The notes: generated by a model from the letters alone, not told the origin. 64,000 nt of DNA from Clostridium sp. CAG:508 (GCA_963650385.1 CAVJLL010000005.1:5959-69958); one strand, 5' to 3'; numbered from the stretch's first letter, positions 32,781-42,353 are shown. Numbers and translations: made by a program.

Positions 32781-35700
32781 AACCTGCTTTTCTCCTTCTC
32801 TGCCTGTACCAGGCATATAAGCCCATCAAAGAGCCCGCGCTGAAAATCAGCCACATCCAAGATCTGCTTTCATCACCGGTTTCCTGAATCGCAGGACCTT
32901 TTGAGACACTGTCTGCGTTCTGTGCATCGAGGGAAATTACATCTGCATTCCGATTTAATATGAATTTCCTGATGCCCTTCACCTGTCCGTCTGCCGATCC
33001 ATATCCGCCGACATCTCCAACGCTGTGCTTGTACAATAGCGTCCCGCAGCCGCAGTTCAATCCGTCTCCGGTATCCTGTTTGTAAAACAGAACTTCAATT
33101 CCGCCCAGCTCTCCGTCACTGCTGCGGCCGTATGCCACGGTATACACACCATATTCATCGGTCGCCTGCAGTCCGCACAGAATGCGGTACCGGTATCCCT
33201 GTGCGATTTCGACCCGCACACGATCTCCCGGCTCCAGGCTCGTCTGATCTGCGATCTCCGCTCCCGTATCCGCCCAATACAGCTTCAGCGCATTTTCATC
33301 CAATTCTCCTATGGTATGAAGGATCCGAATGGTTGCCGTGCTGCCGTCTGCGCTGATCTCCGGGTCTCCCAGCAATATGTGATCTCCGAATGCAAATACA
33401 GTCTGATCCGAGAACACGGCGTTGTACCCCTTTGCTGCCTGAATGGTCACGGTGCTCACGTATTGCCTGCCTTCACGGAACTCTGCATCAGGCAGCAGAA
33501 TCGTCTCCATTCCGGAGGCGGCATCATACTGACTCCAGCTCACGGAATAGGTGTACCTTCCGCCCGTTACGGATGTCAGATATGTCTGCAGCAAATTGTT
33601 CTGAACCTTGCTGTCCAATTTAGAGAGCGACCCTGAAGCCCAGCCATCTCCCACCGGAATTCCTCCCGCCTGCGCAATATAGTATTCCAGATACGCATCT
33701 CCCAAAATGTAATTCTTAACGAGCTGTTTGCCTGTCCCGGCTGCCGCACTTGCGCTTCCGGATGAATGCGTGTCTGCATTCTGCCCAGAATCCCTGCTTT
33801 GCCGTTTCACTGCAGCAATGGCATGCTGATACAGTTGGTTCTCACAACCGCAGCCGTCGCTGTCCGCTTCTGTGATAACCATGAGCTCAATATGTGACCA
33901 GCTGCGTCCGCCGGAGCTTCCCCGGACTACGCGGAATATTTTCTTTCCATCCGCGGTTGTTTCGCCGGTATCGATGAGTCCGCCCATAATGTATACACTG
34001 TATCCATCCGCAGCAGAAAGAGTGATTCGATCGTTTGCCTTCAGCTCCTCCTCGTAAGGAATGATCTTTCCGGTATCTGCACGTCGCAGGACAACAATAC
34101 TGCGCACAGGCTCCGTCACCGGGAGCTTATGGAGAATTTTAATCGTTGCTGTCTTCCCGTCGTCACTGATCTGAGGTGTCCCCACCAGTGTGTGGTTCGC
34201 AGCGATGAATTCTGTATTCTGCAGGAACACATGCTGATACTCGTCCAGCGCTGTAAATGTCACTGTGCTGACGTACTGCTGCCCGGCAATGAAGTAACCG
34301 TCATCGTCAAGCGGCTGCTCGCTCTTCGTTTGTTCATCGTATCCCGTCCACTTTACATTTACGGTCATGGATCCCGACAGCATTTTGTTCAGAAGCTTTT
34401 CCAGCAGATTGTCCTTTACTCTTCCGTATACACCTCTGTATGAACCGTTCTTCCATCCATCTCCTGTCGGAATTCCGCAGCCGTTTACCGCAAATTGCCG
34501 CATTACCTTCTCATTCAGATTGAAGTGACGAATTGCCGCAGTATTAAGGCACGCCTTCCATGTGTAGAGATAGGATCCGCAGCCGCACGGAGCGTCTGAA
34601 GCCCCGGCGCTTCCCGTTTCCCTCGGCACAACGGAAATTTCAATCTGCCCGGATGCGCCTTCACCGGATGTGTCCTTCTTCACCGTGTAGATGCGGCAGG
34701 TTTTCCCCTTATAGGGAATGGTGTCCGTCGTAGCCGCCAGTCCGTTTACGATCTGAGCATTCTTCACACTGCCATTGATCCAGATGATAACCTCATCACC
34801 TGCATAGAGGATCTCATCCTTTCCCAGTTCTGTCACTTCCTTTGTATTGTCATCTACCCTGTACAGCGTCGGTTTCTCTGTTTCTTTAAGATTTCCTGTC
34901 CTGTGCGTCACCGTGAGTACGGCAGTTTTCCCGTCGGTGCTGAGCTCAACATCCTCCTCTTTTATGTCATGCTGATAAATGGTAAACTCGGTTTCCTTTG
35001 TAAATAACGACTTGAATCCAGTATTAATCTTAATCTGCAGCCTGCAGCGATAGTCCGTATCCGCCTCGAAATGGTCATCCGGCTTCACTGCAACCCATGT
35101 TCCTTTTTCCTCACTGTCATCCGGCACCCATTTCTGCCATTCGCTGATGCTGTGTGTGTACAGCTTATCATCTAACTTCGTGTTAAACAGGCTGTCCAGG
35201 GCCTTCGCCCACTCTTCAGACACCTCTTTTGCTGTACACGTCTTCGTTTTAGTGCTCTCCCATCCGCCGTTCCACACAGGAATGGTGCCAAAGGAATCCG
35301 CCAGTGTGCTCATGTCGTTTGCTGTCAATGCATACGAAGAGATCTGATCGGGGTTTACCGCCGCAATCGCATGCTGATACAGCAGGTTCTCACAGCCGCA
35401 GCCATCGCTGCCGGCCTTCGGGATAACCGTAAGTGCAATCTGTGACAGCGTCTTTCCGTCTGAGCCTTCCCGAACCACGCGGTATATCTTCTTGCCCTCC
35501 GCGGTCACTTCACCGGTATCAGCAAGTCCGGATATAATCGATACACTGTATCCCTCCTCTGCCGAAACGGTAATCCGGTCCTTCACCTCCAGTTCTTCCT
35601 TATAAGGAATGCTTTTTCCGGTATCTGCATGCTGCAGAGTGACGATTTTATGCAGTGATTTCACCGCCGGAAGCGTGTGGAGAATCTTGATCTCCGCGGT

Positions 35701-38700
35701 TGTTCCGTCTTCACTAATCTCCGGCTCTCCAATCAGTGTGTGGTTAGCTGCAGTAAATTCTGCATTTTGCAGAAAAATGTGCTGATACTTTTCCAACAGC
35801 GTAAATGTCACTGTACTGATATACTGGTGCCCGGCAATAAAGCAGTCGTCATCCGTAAGCGGCCGCTCGCTCTTCGTCTGCTCATCGTATTCCGTCCATT
35901 TCACCTTTACGGTCATGGCTTCCTTCAGCAGGCTGCTCAGGAACGTTTCCAGCTGATTGTCCTTTACCTTTCCGTATTCTTCACTGTACGAACCGTCTTC
36001 CTCTCTTGCCGAAATTCCGGAATTCTTCTCTGCAAACTGCTGCATTTTCTCTGCAGAAAAATCCATCCGATGAATTGCTGCAACATCGGTGCGCGCCTTC
36101 CATGTGTAGAGATAGGATCCGCAGCCGCACGGAGCTTCTGAAGTCCCGGCGTCCCCAGTTTCCTTCGGAACAACAGAAATTTCAATCTGCCCGGACGCGC
36201 TTTCACCGGCTGTGTCCTTCTTCACCGCATAGACACTGTATTTGATTCCCTCATAGGTAATGGTCTCCTTCGTACCGGTCAGGCCGCTTACGATCTGGCA
36301 GCTCTTCGTATTGCCGTTGACCCGGATGATCACCTTATCTTCCGCATAGAGGACATCATCCTCCCCCAGCTCCGTCACTGCCTTTGTTTTGTCATCCACC
36401 CTGTACAGCGTCGGCTTCTCTGTTTCTCTAAGATTTCCTGTCCTGTGCGTCACCGTGAGTACGGCGGTTTTCCCGTCGGCACTGAGCTCAATGTCCGCGT
36501 CATCTATGTCGTGATGGTATATGGAAAACTCCGTTTCCTTTGTAAATAATGACTTGGAATCCGCGTTGATTTTAATCTGCAGCCTGCAGCGATACTCTGT
36601 ATCCGCCTCGAAATGATCATCCGGATTTACTGCAACCCATGTTCCTTTTTCCTCACTGTCATCCGGCACCCATTTCTGCCATTCGCTGATGCTGTGTGTG
36701 TACAGCTTATCATCCAGCTTCGTGTTAAACAGGCTGTCCAGGGCCTTCGCCCACTCTTCAGACACCTCTTCTGCTGTACATGTCTTCGATTTGGTGCTTT
36801 CCCATCCGCCGTTCCACACAGGAATGGTGCCGAAGGAGTCGGCCAATGTGCTCATGTCATTCGCTGTCACGGTATACGAGGAGATCTGATCGGGATTTAC
36901 CTCCGCTATCGCATGCAGATACAGCAGATTCTCGCAGCCGCAGCTGTCGGTGCCGGCATCCGGAATAACCGCAAGCTCAATCTGTGACAGCATCGTTCCG
37001 GCTGTGCTTTGCCGAACCACGCGGTATATTTCTTTTCCGTCCTCGGTTTTCTCTCCAGTATCAACAAGCCCATCCACGATACACACATTGTATCCGTCCT
37101 CTGCCGAAACGGTGATTCTGTCTTTTACCTCCAGTTTTTCCTCGTAAGGAATGTTCTTTCCGGTATCTGCATGCTGCAGAGTGACAATTTCGCTCACCTG
37201 CTTCTTCACTGCCGGAAGCTTATGAACAACAACAATTGTTGCGGTTTGTCCGTCCTCACTGACCGAAATCTCAGGTCTCACCAACTGACCAATCCACGGG
37301 CTCGAACTATATGTTGAAAGCGTGTGGTTTGCCACTTTAAACACTGTATCCTGCAGGAAGATATGCTTATACTCTTTCAGCAGCGTAAATGTCACTGTGC
37401 TGACGTATTGGTGTCCGGCATAAAAATAGTCATTGTCGCGCAGTTCCCGCTTTATATGCGTTCCTTCCTCCAGCTCTGCCCATTTGACCGTTACTGTCAT
37501 GGCTCCCTTCAGCTTATCGTTCAGGAAGTTTTGCAGCTGGTTATCCTTTACCTGTCCGTATCCTTCACGCTCCGAGCCGCCTATTGCCTGAATCCCGCGG
37601 CTGTTTTCTGTGAACTGCTGCAACATTTCCTCGCCAAGCTCCAGCTTATGAATCGCTTCAATATCCATGCAGGCCTTCCAAGTATAGAGAAAAGACTCAC
37701 AGCCGCAGGTATAGAGATTACTCCCCTCCTCAATGGCCGTTGCCTTCGGCATGACTGCAATTTCAACCTGATCGGATGTGCCTTCACCGGATGTCGTCTT
37801 TTTCACCCGATAAACGGGGTAGTTGGTTTCCTTATAGGTGACGGTGTCCTTCGTTTCTACCAGTCCGCTTACGATCCGGCATCCCTGCAGATTTCCCTTT
37901 GTCAGTACGATGACCTCATCACCTGCATAAAGCGTGTCATTTATACTGTCCACTTCGTCTGTTACTTGCTTTTCGCCGTCATACGTCTCCACCACCCTGT
38001 ACAGCGTCGGTGTTACATCTTCAAGGGAAGGAAGGCCGGTCCTGTGATAGACCTTAATGGTTGCTGTCTTTCCATCACTTGTAAGATCTACCTTTACCGT
38101 GTTGTGCCCGGAAATGGAAAATTTCGTTCCTGAGGTGAACACTGCATCGTAATCATCATTGATTTTAATCTGTATTTCGCAGCTGTATTCCGTATCATCT
38201 TCAAAATGGTCATCCGGCCCCAGATCGACCCACGATCCCTGTACCAGATCCGGCCCCCATTTCTTCCATCCGCTTATGCTGTGCGAGTAGAGCTTGTTGT
38301 TAAACAGACTGTCCAATGCCCTTTTCCATTGTGCAGACACTTCCTCTGTCGTACATTGCCTCACCTTGGTGCTCTTCCATCCCTTACTCCACATCGGAAT
38401 TCCGCCAAGATTAACAGCAAATGCGTACATATCATTCGCTGATATCGTATACGAAGGGATCTGGTAGGTTGACGCTTCCTCTTCCGTTGTTTTCCGGATC
38501 AGTGCATAGATTCTCTTATCCTTTTCTACGTTTCCTTTCCCCTGGACCCATTCCGTATAATGGCAAACGCATTGCAGCACATAGTAATGCTGCATGGTCA
38601 ATCCGGCCGTATCCATGGCATACGTATAGGTTCCCCCGCGCGGTTCATACGTTGTGACCCCTTCTCTGTTCGGATTCGGCTGCACATCCTTAAAGACCTC

Positions 38701-40917
38701 AATTTGCGAATTCAGGGGGATCTCCTTCCCATCCTTATCCCTCAGCACAGAATCATTTTTCTCATCCAGGCGAATTCCCTCCGGAAGATTTTCGCCCAGA
38801 TCATATGCATACAGGGAAAGTGTACAGTTCACATGGCTCGAAATCCATGGTTCGTTTGTATATTGGATTTCAACCGGCAGGAGCTCCGACACATTGGTTA
38901 CCGTATAATCTTTATCCGATTCCGTCCTTGTCAGCTGCGCCGGCTGATGAATGCTCAGCTTGGTTGAATCAATATTAAATTTATCTATGCCTTTCTGATT
39001 TGTAAAAAAGCTAATCGTCCCGTAGCTTCCATAGGTTTCCGATTCGGAACTGCTGTCCCACACCTTCAAAAGGAATGGATTGCACGAATAATCCGCCGCC
39101 TTGTCATAAAAGATATTCCATTTTGCTTCATACCCACGCACGCGACCATCCCGATCATCCGCTTCACCGGGGCCCAGCGTCTCTTTTCCTTGCAGCTGAA
39201 GATATCGGTTCTCCTGCGGCTTCAGCTCCGACGGTACTGTTTCCGGTGTATAGGCTGTATACGCCAGCGACCTTCCCTGCAATGTATATACCCCAAAATT
39301 GAGGTGAAGCTCTCGATCTGTCAGATTCTTAAATGTAACATGCAGCATGATATTCCCGTCCTTATCTGCCGCAACATTTTCCTGTTTCATGCTGCAGGTA
39401 AAGGCAGCCGGCACCCCCTTATCCTCTGTATACGTAAAGAGTACCGATTCGTCGGTGTCCGGGAAGAGGATCGGTGTCGAGGTGATCGCATTGGAGCTAA
39501 AATACGAGGCCAGCTCCTTCATCGTAATCTTCCCATCTCCCTGATATCCATCCCGCTTTTCACCACTGTCGAGGCTGGAGATATCTGCGCCGTATGTGTG
39601 GTAGCTATCCACATAACGGTCATGGCCCAGCGCGTGCTCCATGGCCGAAATCAGCTCCGTTCCATACTCCTTCTGCTGAATTCCGGTTTCCATTCTGGTT
39701 GCAGAAGCAATGAAATAGAATTTATGTCCTCCTGCTGCGTTCGCTGCATCTGCGGTATCGGAAGCCTCTGCCGCTTCATCAAGATCATCATAAAACTCTG
39801 TAAGGAAGCTGTAGCCAAATGCATCCGACACTGCCTGCACCTGTTCCTGGACTTCCTGCGGAGAGCTCTCCTGTTCGGCATCCTCGTCCTCTTCGTCCAG
39901 ATCCTCATACAGCGCGGCTGCGTTTACCGCATTTCCGGACAACATTCCTCCGGAAAAGCAGCTTGCCAGCACGACAAATACTTTCCCGTTCAGTTTCTTC
40001 AGATTGGACTTCAGCTCGCCGGCGCTGATGTTATTGCCTCCCTCCAGCGCCAGATAAGAAGAGCCGTCTCTTGTCTGGTTTCCATGTCCGATATAGCAGA
40101 AGAAGGTATACGAATCTTCATCCGTCTGCTCTGCAGCGGCACTGACCGCGTCCCAGATCTTCGATTTCTGGTCCTCCTGACTGTTGTACGTGACGCCAAT
40201 CAATGTGATATCTTCACTCTGAAACTCATTGGTCTGACTGAGGGTATCCCGCATTGCCTCCGCATCCTTTTTCGGAGTCTCTCCAAGATCACTACCCGTC
40301 ATATACACCAGGATAGCTCGCCCCTTCACCTGCCGATCTTCCGAAGAATTTTCCGACGCAGCTGCTGCAGACTTTCCATTGGTATCGCCTTCTGCGGAAT
40401 TTACGGATGAAGCCTTTTCTGCAGAATTCGACTGCGCATCCTCTTTTGCGGACTCTGTCTGTGTACTGCCTTCGGAGGAATTCGCCGATGCAGCACCCTC
40501 CGTGGAGCCTTCCTTTGCACTGCCTTCGGAAGAATTTCCCGACGCAGCACTCTCCGTAGAACCTTCCTTTGCACTGCCTTCGGAAGAATTTTCCGATGCC
40601 GCGCCTTCTGCGGAATCTTCCTTTGTACTGCCTTCGGAGGAACTCACCGATGCAGCACCCTCCGTAGAATCTTCCTTTGACCTGTCTTCGGAAGAATTTT
40701 CCGATGTTATCGCCGAAGCCTTGACCTCATTCTCTGATGCAGTCTCGGAGTTTCCCTCCGCAGAAGATTCTCCCGTCTCTGCCGCAGAGGAACTCTCCTG
40801 TGTGGTTTCTGCATATGCGGTCAATGTGTTCGTCGAAGCGGCCGCAATGGGCGCAAAAGCCAGACCGGCACTCAGCGTAAATGCTATGATTCGATGCCAA
40901 AGCTTTGTCTTTTTCAT
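32779..40917 (-). CDS. Giant (2712 aa) secreted protein: signal peptide, Ser/Glu-rich spacer, clostripain-like (C11, clan CD) peptidase domain, CGC-delimited tandem repeat modules, C-terminal sorting-signal-like anchor
   Basis: I place the start at ATG 40917 (MKKTKLWHRIIAFTLSAGLAFAPIAAASTNTLTAYA, AGGGGAAG RBS), because the track's extra 115 codons overlap the upstream gene. RAILVYMTGSDLGE, then YIGHGN (His) and VVLASCFSGG (Cys at nt 39958-39960), fit the C11/clan CD His-Cys dyad. Seven CGC motifs occur at module borders. The C-terminus is IQETGDES, then a TM helix and RQRRRKAG. Confidence 0.8.
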   Translation of the reverse strand: MKKTKLWHRIIAFTLSAGLAFAPIAAASTNTLTAYAETTQESSSAAETGESSAEGNSETASENEVKASAITSENSSEDRSKEDSTEGAASVSSSEGSTKEDSAEGAASENSSEGSAKEGSTESAASGNSSEGSAKEGSTEGAASANSSEGSTQTESAKEDAQSNSAEKASSVNSAEGDTNGKSAAAASENSSEDRQVKGRAILVYMTGSDLGETPKKDAEAMRDTLSQTNEFQSEDITLIGVTYNSQEDQKSKIWDAVSAAAEQTDEDSYTFFCYIGHGNQTRDGSSYLALEGGNNISAGELKSNLKKLNGKVFVVLASCFSGGMLSGNAVNAAALYEDLDEEDEDAEQESSPQEVQEQVQAVSDAFGYSFLTEFYDDLDEAAEASDTADAANAAGGHKFYFIASATRMETGIQQKEYGTELISAMEHALGHDRYVDSYHTYGADISSLDSGEKRDGYQGDGKITMKELASYFSSNAITSTPILFPDTDESVLFTYTEDKGVPAAFTCSMKQENVAADKDGNIMLHVTFKNLTDRELHLNFGVYTLQGRSLAYTAYTPETVPSELKPQENRYLQLQGKETLGPGEADDRDGRVRGYEAKWNIFYDKAADYSCNPFLLKVWDSSSESETYGSYGTISFFTNQKGIDKFNIDSTKLSIHQPAQLTRTESDKDYTVTNVSELLPVEIQYTNEPWISSHVNCTLSLYAYDLGENLPEGIRLDEKNDSVLRDKDGKEIPLNSQIEVFKDVQPNPNREGVTTYEPRGGTYTYAMDTAGLTMQHYYVLQCVCHYTEWVQGKGNVEKDKRIYALIRKTTEEEASTYQIPSYTISANDMYAFAVNLGGIPMWSKGWKSTKVRQCTTEEVSAQWKRALDSLFNNKLYSHSISGWKKWGPDLVQGSWVDLGPDDHFEDDTEYSCEIQIKINDDYDAVFTSGTKFSISGHNTVKVDLTSDGKTATIKVYHRTGLPSLEDVTPTLYRVVETYDGEKQVTDEVDSINDTLYAGDEVIVLTKGNLQGCRIVSGLVETKDTVTYKETNYPVYRVKKTTSGEGTSDQVEIAVMPKATAIEEGSNLYTCGCESFLYTWKACMDIEAIHKLELGEEMLQQFTENSRGIQAIGGSEREGYGQVKDNQLQNFLNDKLKGAMTVTVKWAELEEGTHIKRELRDNDYFYAGHQYVSTVTFTLLKEYKHIFLQDTVFKVANHTLSTYSSSPWIGQLVRPEISVSEDGQTATIVVVHKLPAVKKQVSEIVTLQHADTGKNIPYEEKLEVKDRITVSAEDGYNVCIVDGLVDTGEKTEDGKEIYRVVRQSTAGTMLSQIELAVIPDAGTDSCGCENLLYLHAIAEVNPDQISSYTVTANDMSTLADSFGTIPVWNGGWESTKSKTCTAEEVSEEWAKALDSLFNTKLDDKLYTHSISEWQKWVPDDSEEKGTWVAVNPDDHFEADTEYRCRLQIKINADSKSLFTKETEFSIYHHDIDDADIELSADGKTAVLTVTHRTGNLRETEKPTLYRVDDKTKAVTELGEDDVLYAEDKVIIRVNGNTKSCQIVSGLTGTKETITYEGIKYSVYAVKKDTAGESASGQIEISVVPKETGDAGTSEAPCGCGSYLYTWKARTDVAAIHRMDFSAEKMQQFAEKNSGISAREEDGSYSEEYGKVKDNQLETFLSSLLKEAMTVKVKWTEYDEQTKSERPLTDDDCFIAGHQYISTVTFTLLEKYQHIFLQNAEFTAANHTLIGEPEISEDGTTAEIKILHTLPAVKSLHKIVTLQHADTGKSIPYKEELEVKDRITVSAEEGYSVSIISGLADTGEVTAEGKKIYRVVREGSDGKTLSQIALTVIPKAGSDGCGCENLLYQHAIAAVNPDQISSYALTANDMSTLADSFGTIPVWNGGWESTKTKTCTAKEVSEEWAKALDSLFNTKLDDKLYTHSISEWQKWVPDDSEEKGTWVAVKPDDHFEADTDYRCRLQIKINTGFKSLFTKETEFTIYQHDIKEEDVELSTDGKTAVLTVTHRTGNLKETEKPTLYRVDDNTKEVTELGKDEILYAGDEVIIWINGSVKNAQIVNGLAATTDTIPYKGKTCRIYTVKKDTSGEGASGQIEISVVPRETGSAGASDAPCGCGSYLYTWKACLNTAAIRHFNLNEKVMRQFAVNGCGIPTGDGWKNGSYRGVYGRVKDNLLEKLLNKMLSGSMTVNVKWTGYDEQTKSEQPLDDDGYFIAGQQYVSTVTFTALDEYQHVFLQNTEFIAANHTLVGTPQISDDGKTATIKILHKLPVTEPVRSIVVLRRADTGKIIPYEEELKANDRITLSAADGYSVYIMGGLIDTGETTADGKKIFRVVRGSSGGRSWSHIELMVITEADSDGCGCENQLYQHAIAAVKRQSRDSGQNADTHSSGSASAAAGTGKQLVKNYILGDAYLEYYIAQAGGIPVGDGWASGSLSKLDSKVQNNLLQTYLTSVTGGRYTYSVSWSQYDAASGMETILLPDAEFREGRQYVSTVTIQAAKGYNAVFSDQTVFAFGDHILLGDPEISADGSTATIRILHTIGELDENALKLYWADTGAEIADQTSLEPGDRVRVEIAQGYRYRILCGLQATDEYGVYTVAYGRSSDGELGGIEVLFYKQDTGDGLNCGCGTLLYKHSVGDVGGYGSADGQVKGIRKFILNRNADVISLDAQNADSVSKGPAIQETGDESRSWMWLIFSAGSLMGLYAWYRQRRRKAG
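33046..37707 (-). repeat. In-frame long tandem repeats inside the giant gene (period about 1542-1578 nt; two alternating module types)
   Basis: CGC codon triplets lie at 33046-54, 33844-52, 34579-87, 35392-400, 36121-29, 36934-42 and 37699-707, giving offsets of 1542 nt for 34579->36121 and 35392->36934. The near-identical shadow ORFs at 35147-35347 and 36689-36889 are also offset by 1542 nt. Confidence 0.9.
40466..40735 (-). repeat. Five tandem 54-nt repeats encoding the Ser/Glu-rich spacer (SSEGSxKEGSTEGAAS...)
   Basis: CTGCCTTCGGA(A/G)GAA recurs at 40466, 40520, 40574 and 40628, with a CTGTCTTCGGAAGAA variant at 40682, an exact 54-nt period. Confidence 0.9.
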
Positions 40918-40958
40918 TCGATGCTTCCCCTGTTGTTCATTTCCGCGATACCGCTGCC

Positions 40959-42353
40959 CTATGCCCGGCAAAGATACCCACGCCAGTACAGCTCCTGCAG
41001 CAGATTCAAAACCCTGTCTGTCCCCGCTGCTCCCAGATTCAACCCTCTTAATACGTTTCCCGGCTCCTGCGGATGCTGAAGCTGCTGCATGGCCTGCAGC
41101 AGGACCGGATGCGCATCCATGTAGTAGCCCGCATTGTCCGCCAGGAGCACAATTTGCTTTTTCCCCGTCCCGGTGCTGTTCTCCTCCGGAAACCACTTCG
41201 TCTCCGTCAGTCTTTCTCCAACCAGCATGCGTACATTGCGGTTGATCTGCACCGGTCTCCACAACGGAAGGCTTCCGAAGGCATGACTTCGGAACAGCTG
41301 CGTCAGGCCGCTCCGAAAGCTCTCCGCATCATGAAACTCGGCGGTCCCCCAGACGCGATACCCCTTCGGAAACTGCTCCGACGGGAGCTCCGGCTCTATA
41401 AATTCCATCAGGCCGTCCACCATATTCACGCGCACGCCTGCAATGCAGCTGATGCTGTATCGCAGGAGCTTTTCCTTCGGCAGCTTCTTTCCCTGAGCGG
41501 CTCTGCCCGATTCCGAATACCGGTTCACCGACTCCGGATTATTGCTTAAAACCTCCACATGCTCCAGCTCCATCGGCGTAAACAGATCCATCAGCTGCCG
41601 GAAATGCTGCAGCGATGTAGCCGACATCCGATAAGACACCCGCTGCCGCAGGCAGTCCGGTCCAATCCACGACAGAAGGCTTTTGGTTCTGTCCGGGTCA
41701 CGCTGCGCCGCTGCCGAAGTTGTCTGCGGAACGGTTCCGTATATGTCCCGCATATCCGCCAGAAATTTCTCATAGTCCGGATTGTCCATCGGCTCTGTCC
41801 CAAAGTAGCACGGGCAGCTATCCGCAATGTCCCCCAGCAGTTCTCTGGTAATGGTCAGGACATCCCGCCACAGCTGCCGGTGCTCTTTGGTGTAAAGGTA
41901 ATTCTCCTGCCATGGCTTCGCCTGAAATCCGCAGAACGGACACTGGACCCTGCAGCCGCTGGATAATTCGAACGCCGCCGGAAAGTAATGTATGTTCGGA
42001 TGCTCACGCATCGCTGCGCTTTCCAGAAAGCAACGGTTCCGCACGATATTGGCATAACGCCAGAGGCTCTCTGCCGCATACCGGTCCCGCGCCACCAGCC
42101 GCTCTTCCTCTCTCACGATCGCCCGGCTCCGCGCCGTATATTCCTTCAGAAACGGATTGGCTGCAATTTCTTCTTCCGCCGGATTTCCCCGGCAAATCTG
42201 ATGAATTGCATCCAGTACGGTCTCCGCATCCAGCGCAATCCCGGATTTCTTAAAATGTGCTGCGATCTCGTCCGCGGCATGCAGGCGGAAGTCAGGATCC
42301 GAGTAAAACCACTCCATCATCCGCTTGCATTCAGCATATTCGCGTGCTGTCAT
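40959..42353 (-). CDS. Radical SAM enzyme without SPASM domain; possibly a PoyD/OspD-like RiPP amino-acid epimerase
   Basis: CRVQCPFC (C-x3-C-x2-C) at nt 41931-41954, followed by a FGTEPMDNP SAM-region-like motif. The N-terminal AECKRMMEWFYSDPDFR resembles the N-termini of proteusin epimerases as I remember them. ATGA overlap with the upstream SPASM gene. Confidence 0.6.
   Translation of the reverse strand: MTAREYAECKRMMEWFYSDPDFRLHAADEIAAHFKKSGIALDAETVLDAIHQICRGNPAEEEIAANPFLKEYTARSRAIVREEERLVARDRYAAESLWRYANIVRNRCFLESAAMREHPNIHYFPAAFELSSGCRVQCPFCGFQAKPWQENYLYTKEHRQLWRDVLTITRELLGDIADSCPCYFGTEPMDNPDYEKFLADMRDIYGTVPQTTSAAAQRDPDRTKSLLSWIGPDCLRQRVSYRMSATSLQHFRQLMDLFTPMELEHVEVLSNNPESVNRYSESGRAAQGKKLPKEKLLRYSISCIAGVRVNMVDGLMEFIEPELPSEQFPKGYRVWGTAEFHDAESFRSGLTQLFRSHAFGSLPLWRPVQINRNVRMLVGERLTETKWFPEENSTGTGKKQIVLLADNAGYYMDAHPVLLQAMQQLQHPQEPGNVLRGLNLGAAGTDRVLNLLQELYWRGYLCRA

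Noticed and set aside
33046-40735. A possible CRISPR array, suggested by the regular repeats
   Set aside because: The repeats have periods of 54 nt and about 1.54 kb, are in-frame, and lie inside one long ORF. There are no short repeat/spacer alternations or cas genes anywhere in the window. The R1-R3 repeats are dispersed single copies, not arrays.
40918-41262. The N-terminal 115 codons of the track's 2827-aa ORF
   Set aside because: This extension overlaps the 3' end of the upstream radical SAM gene in another frame and lacks an RBS. The Met at 40917 begins a textbook signal peptide and has an RBS.
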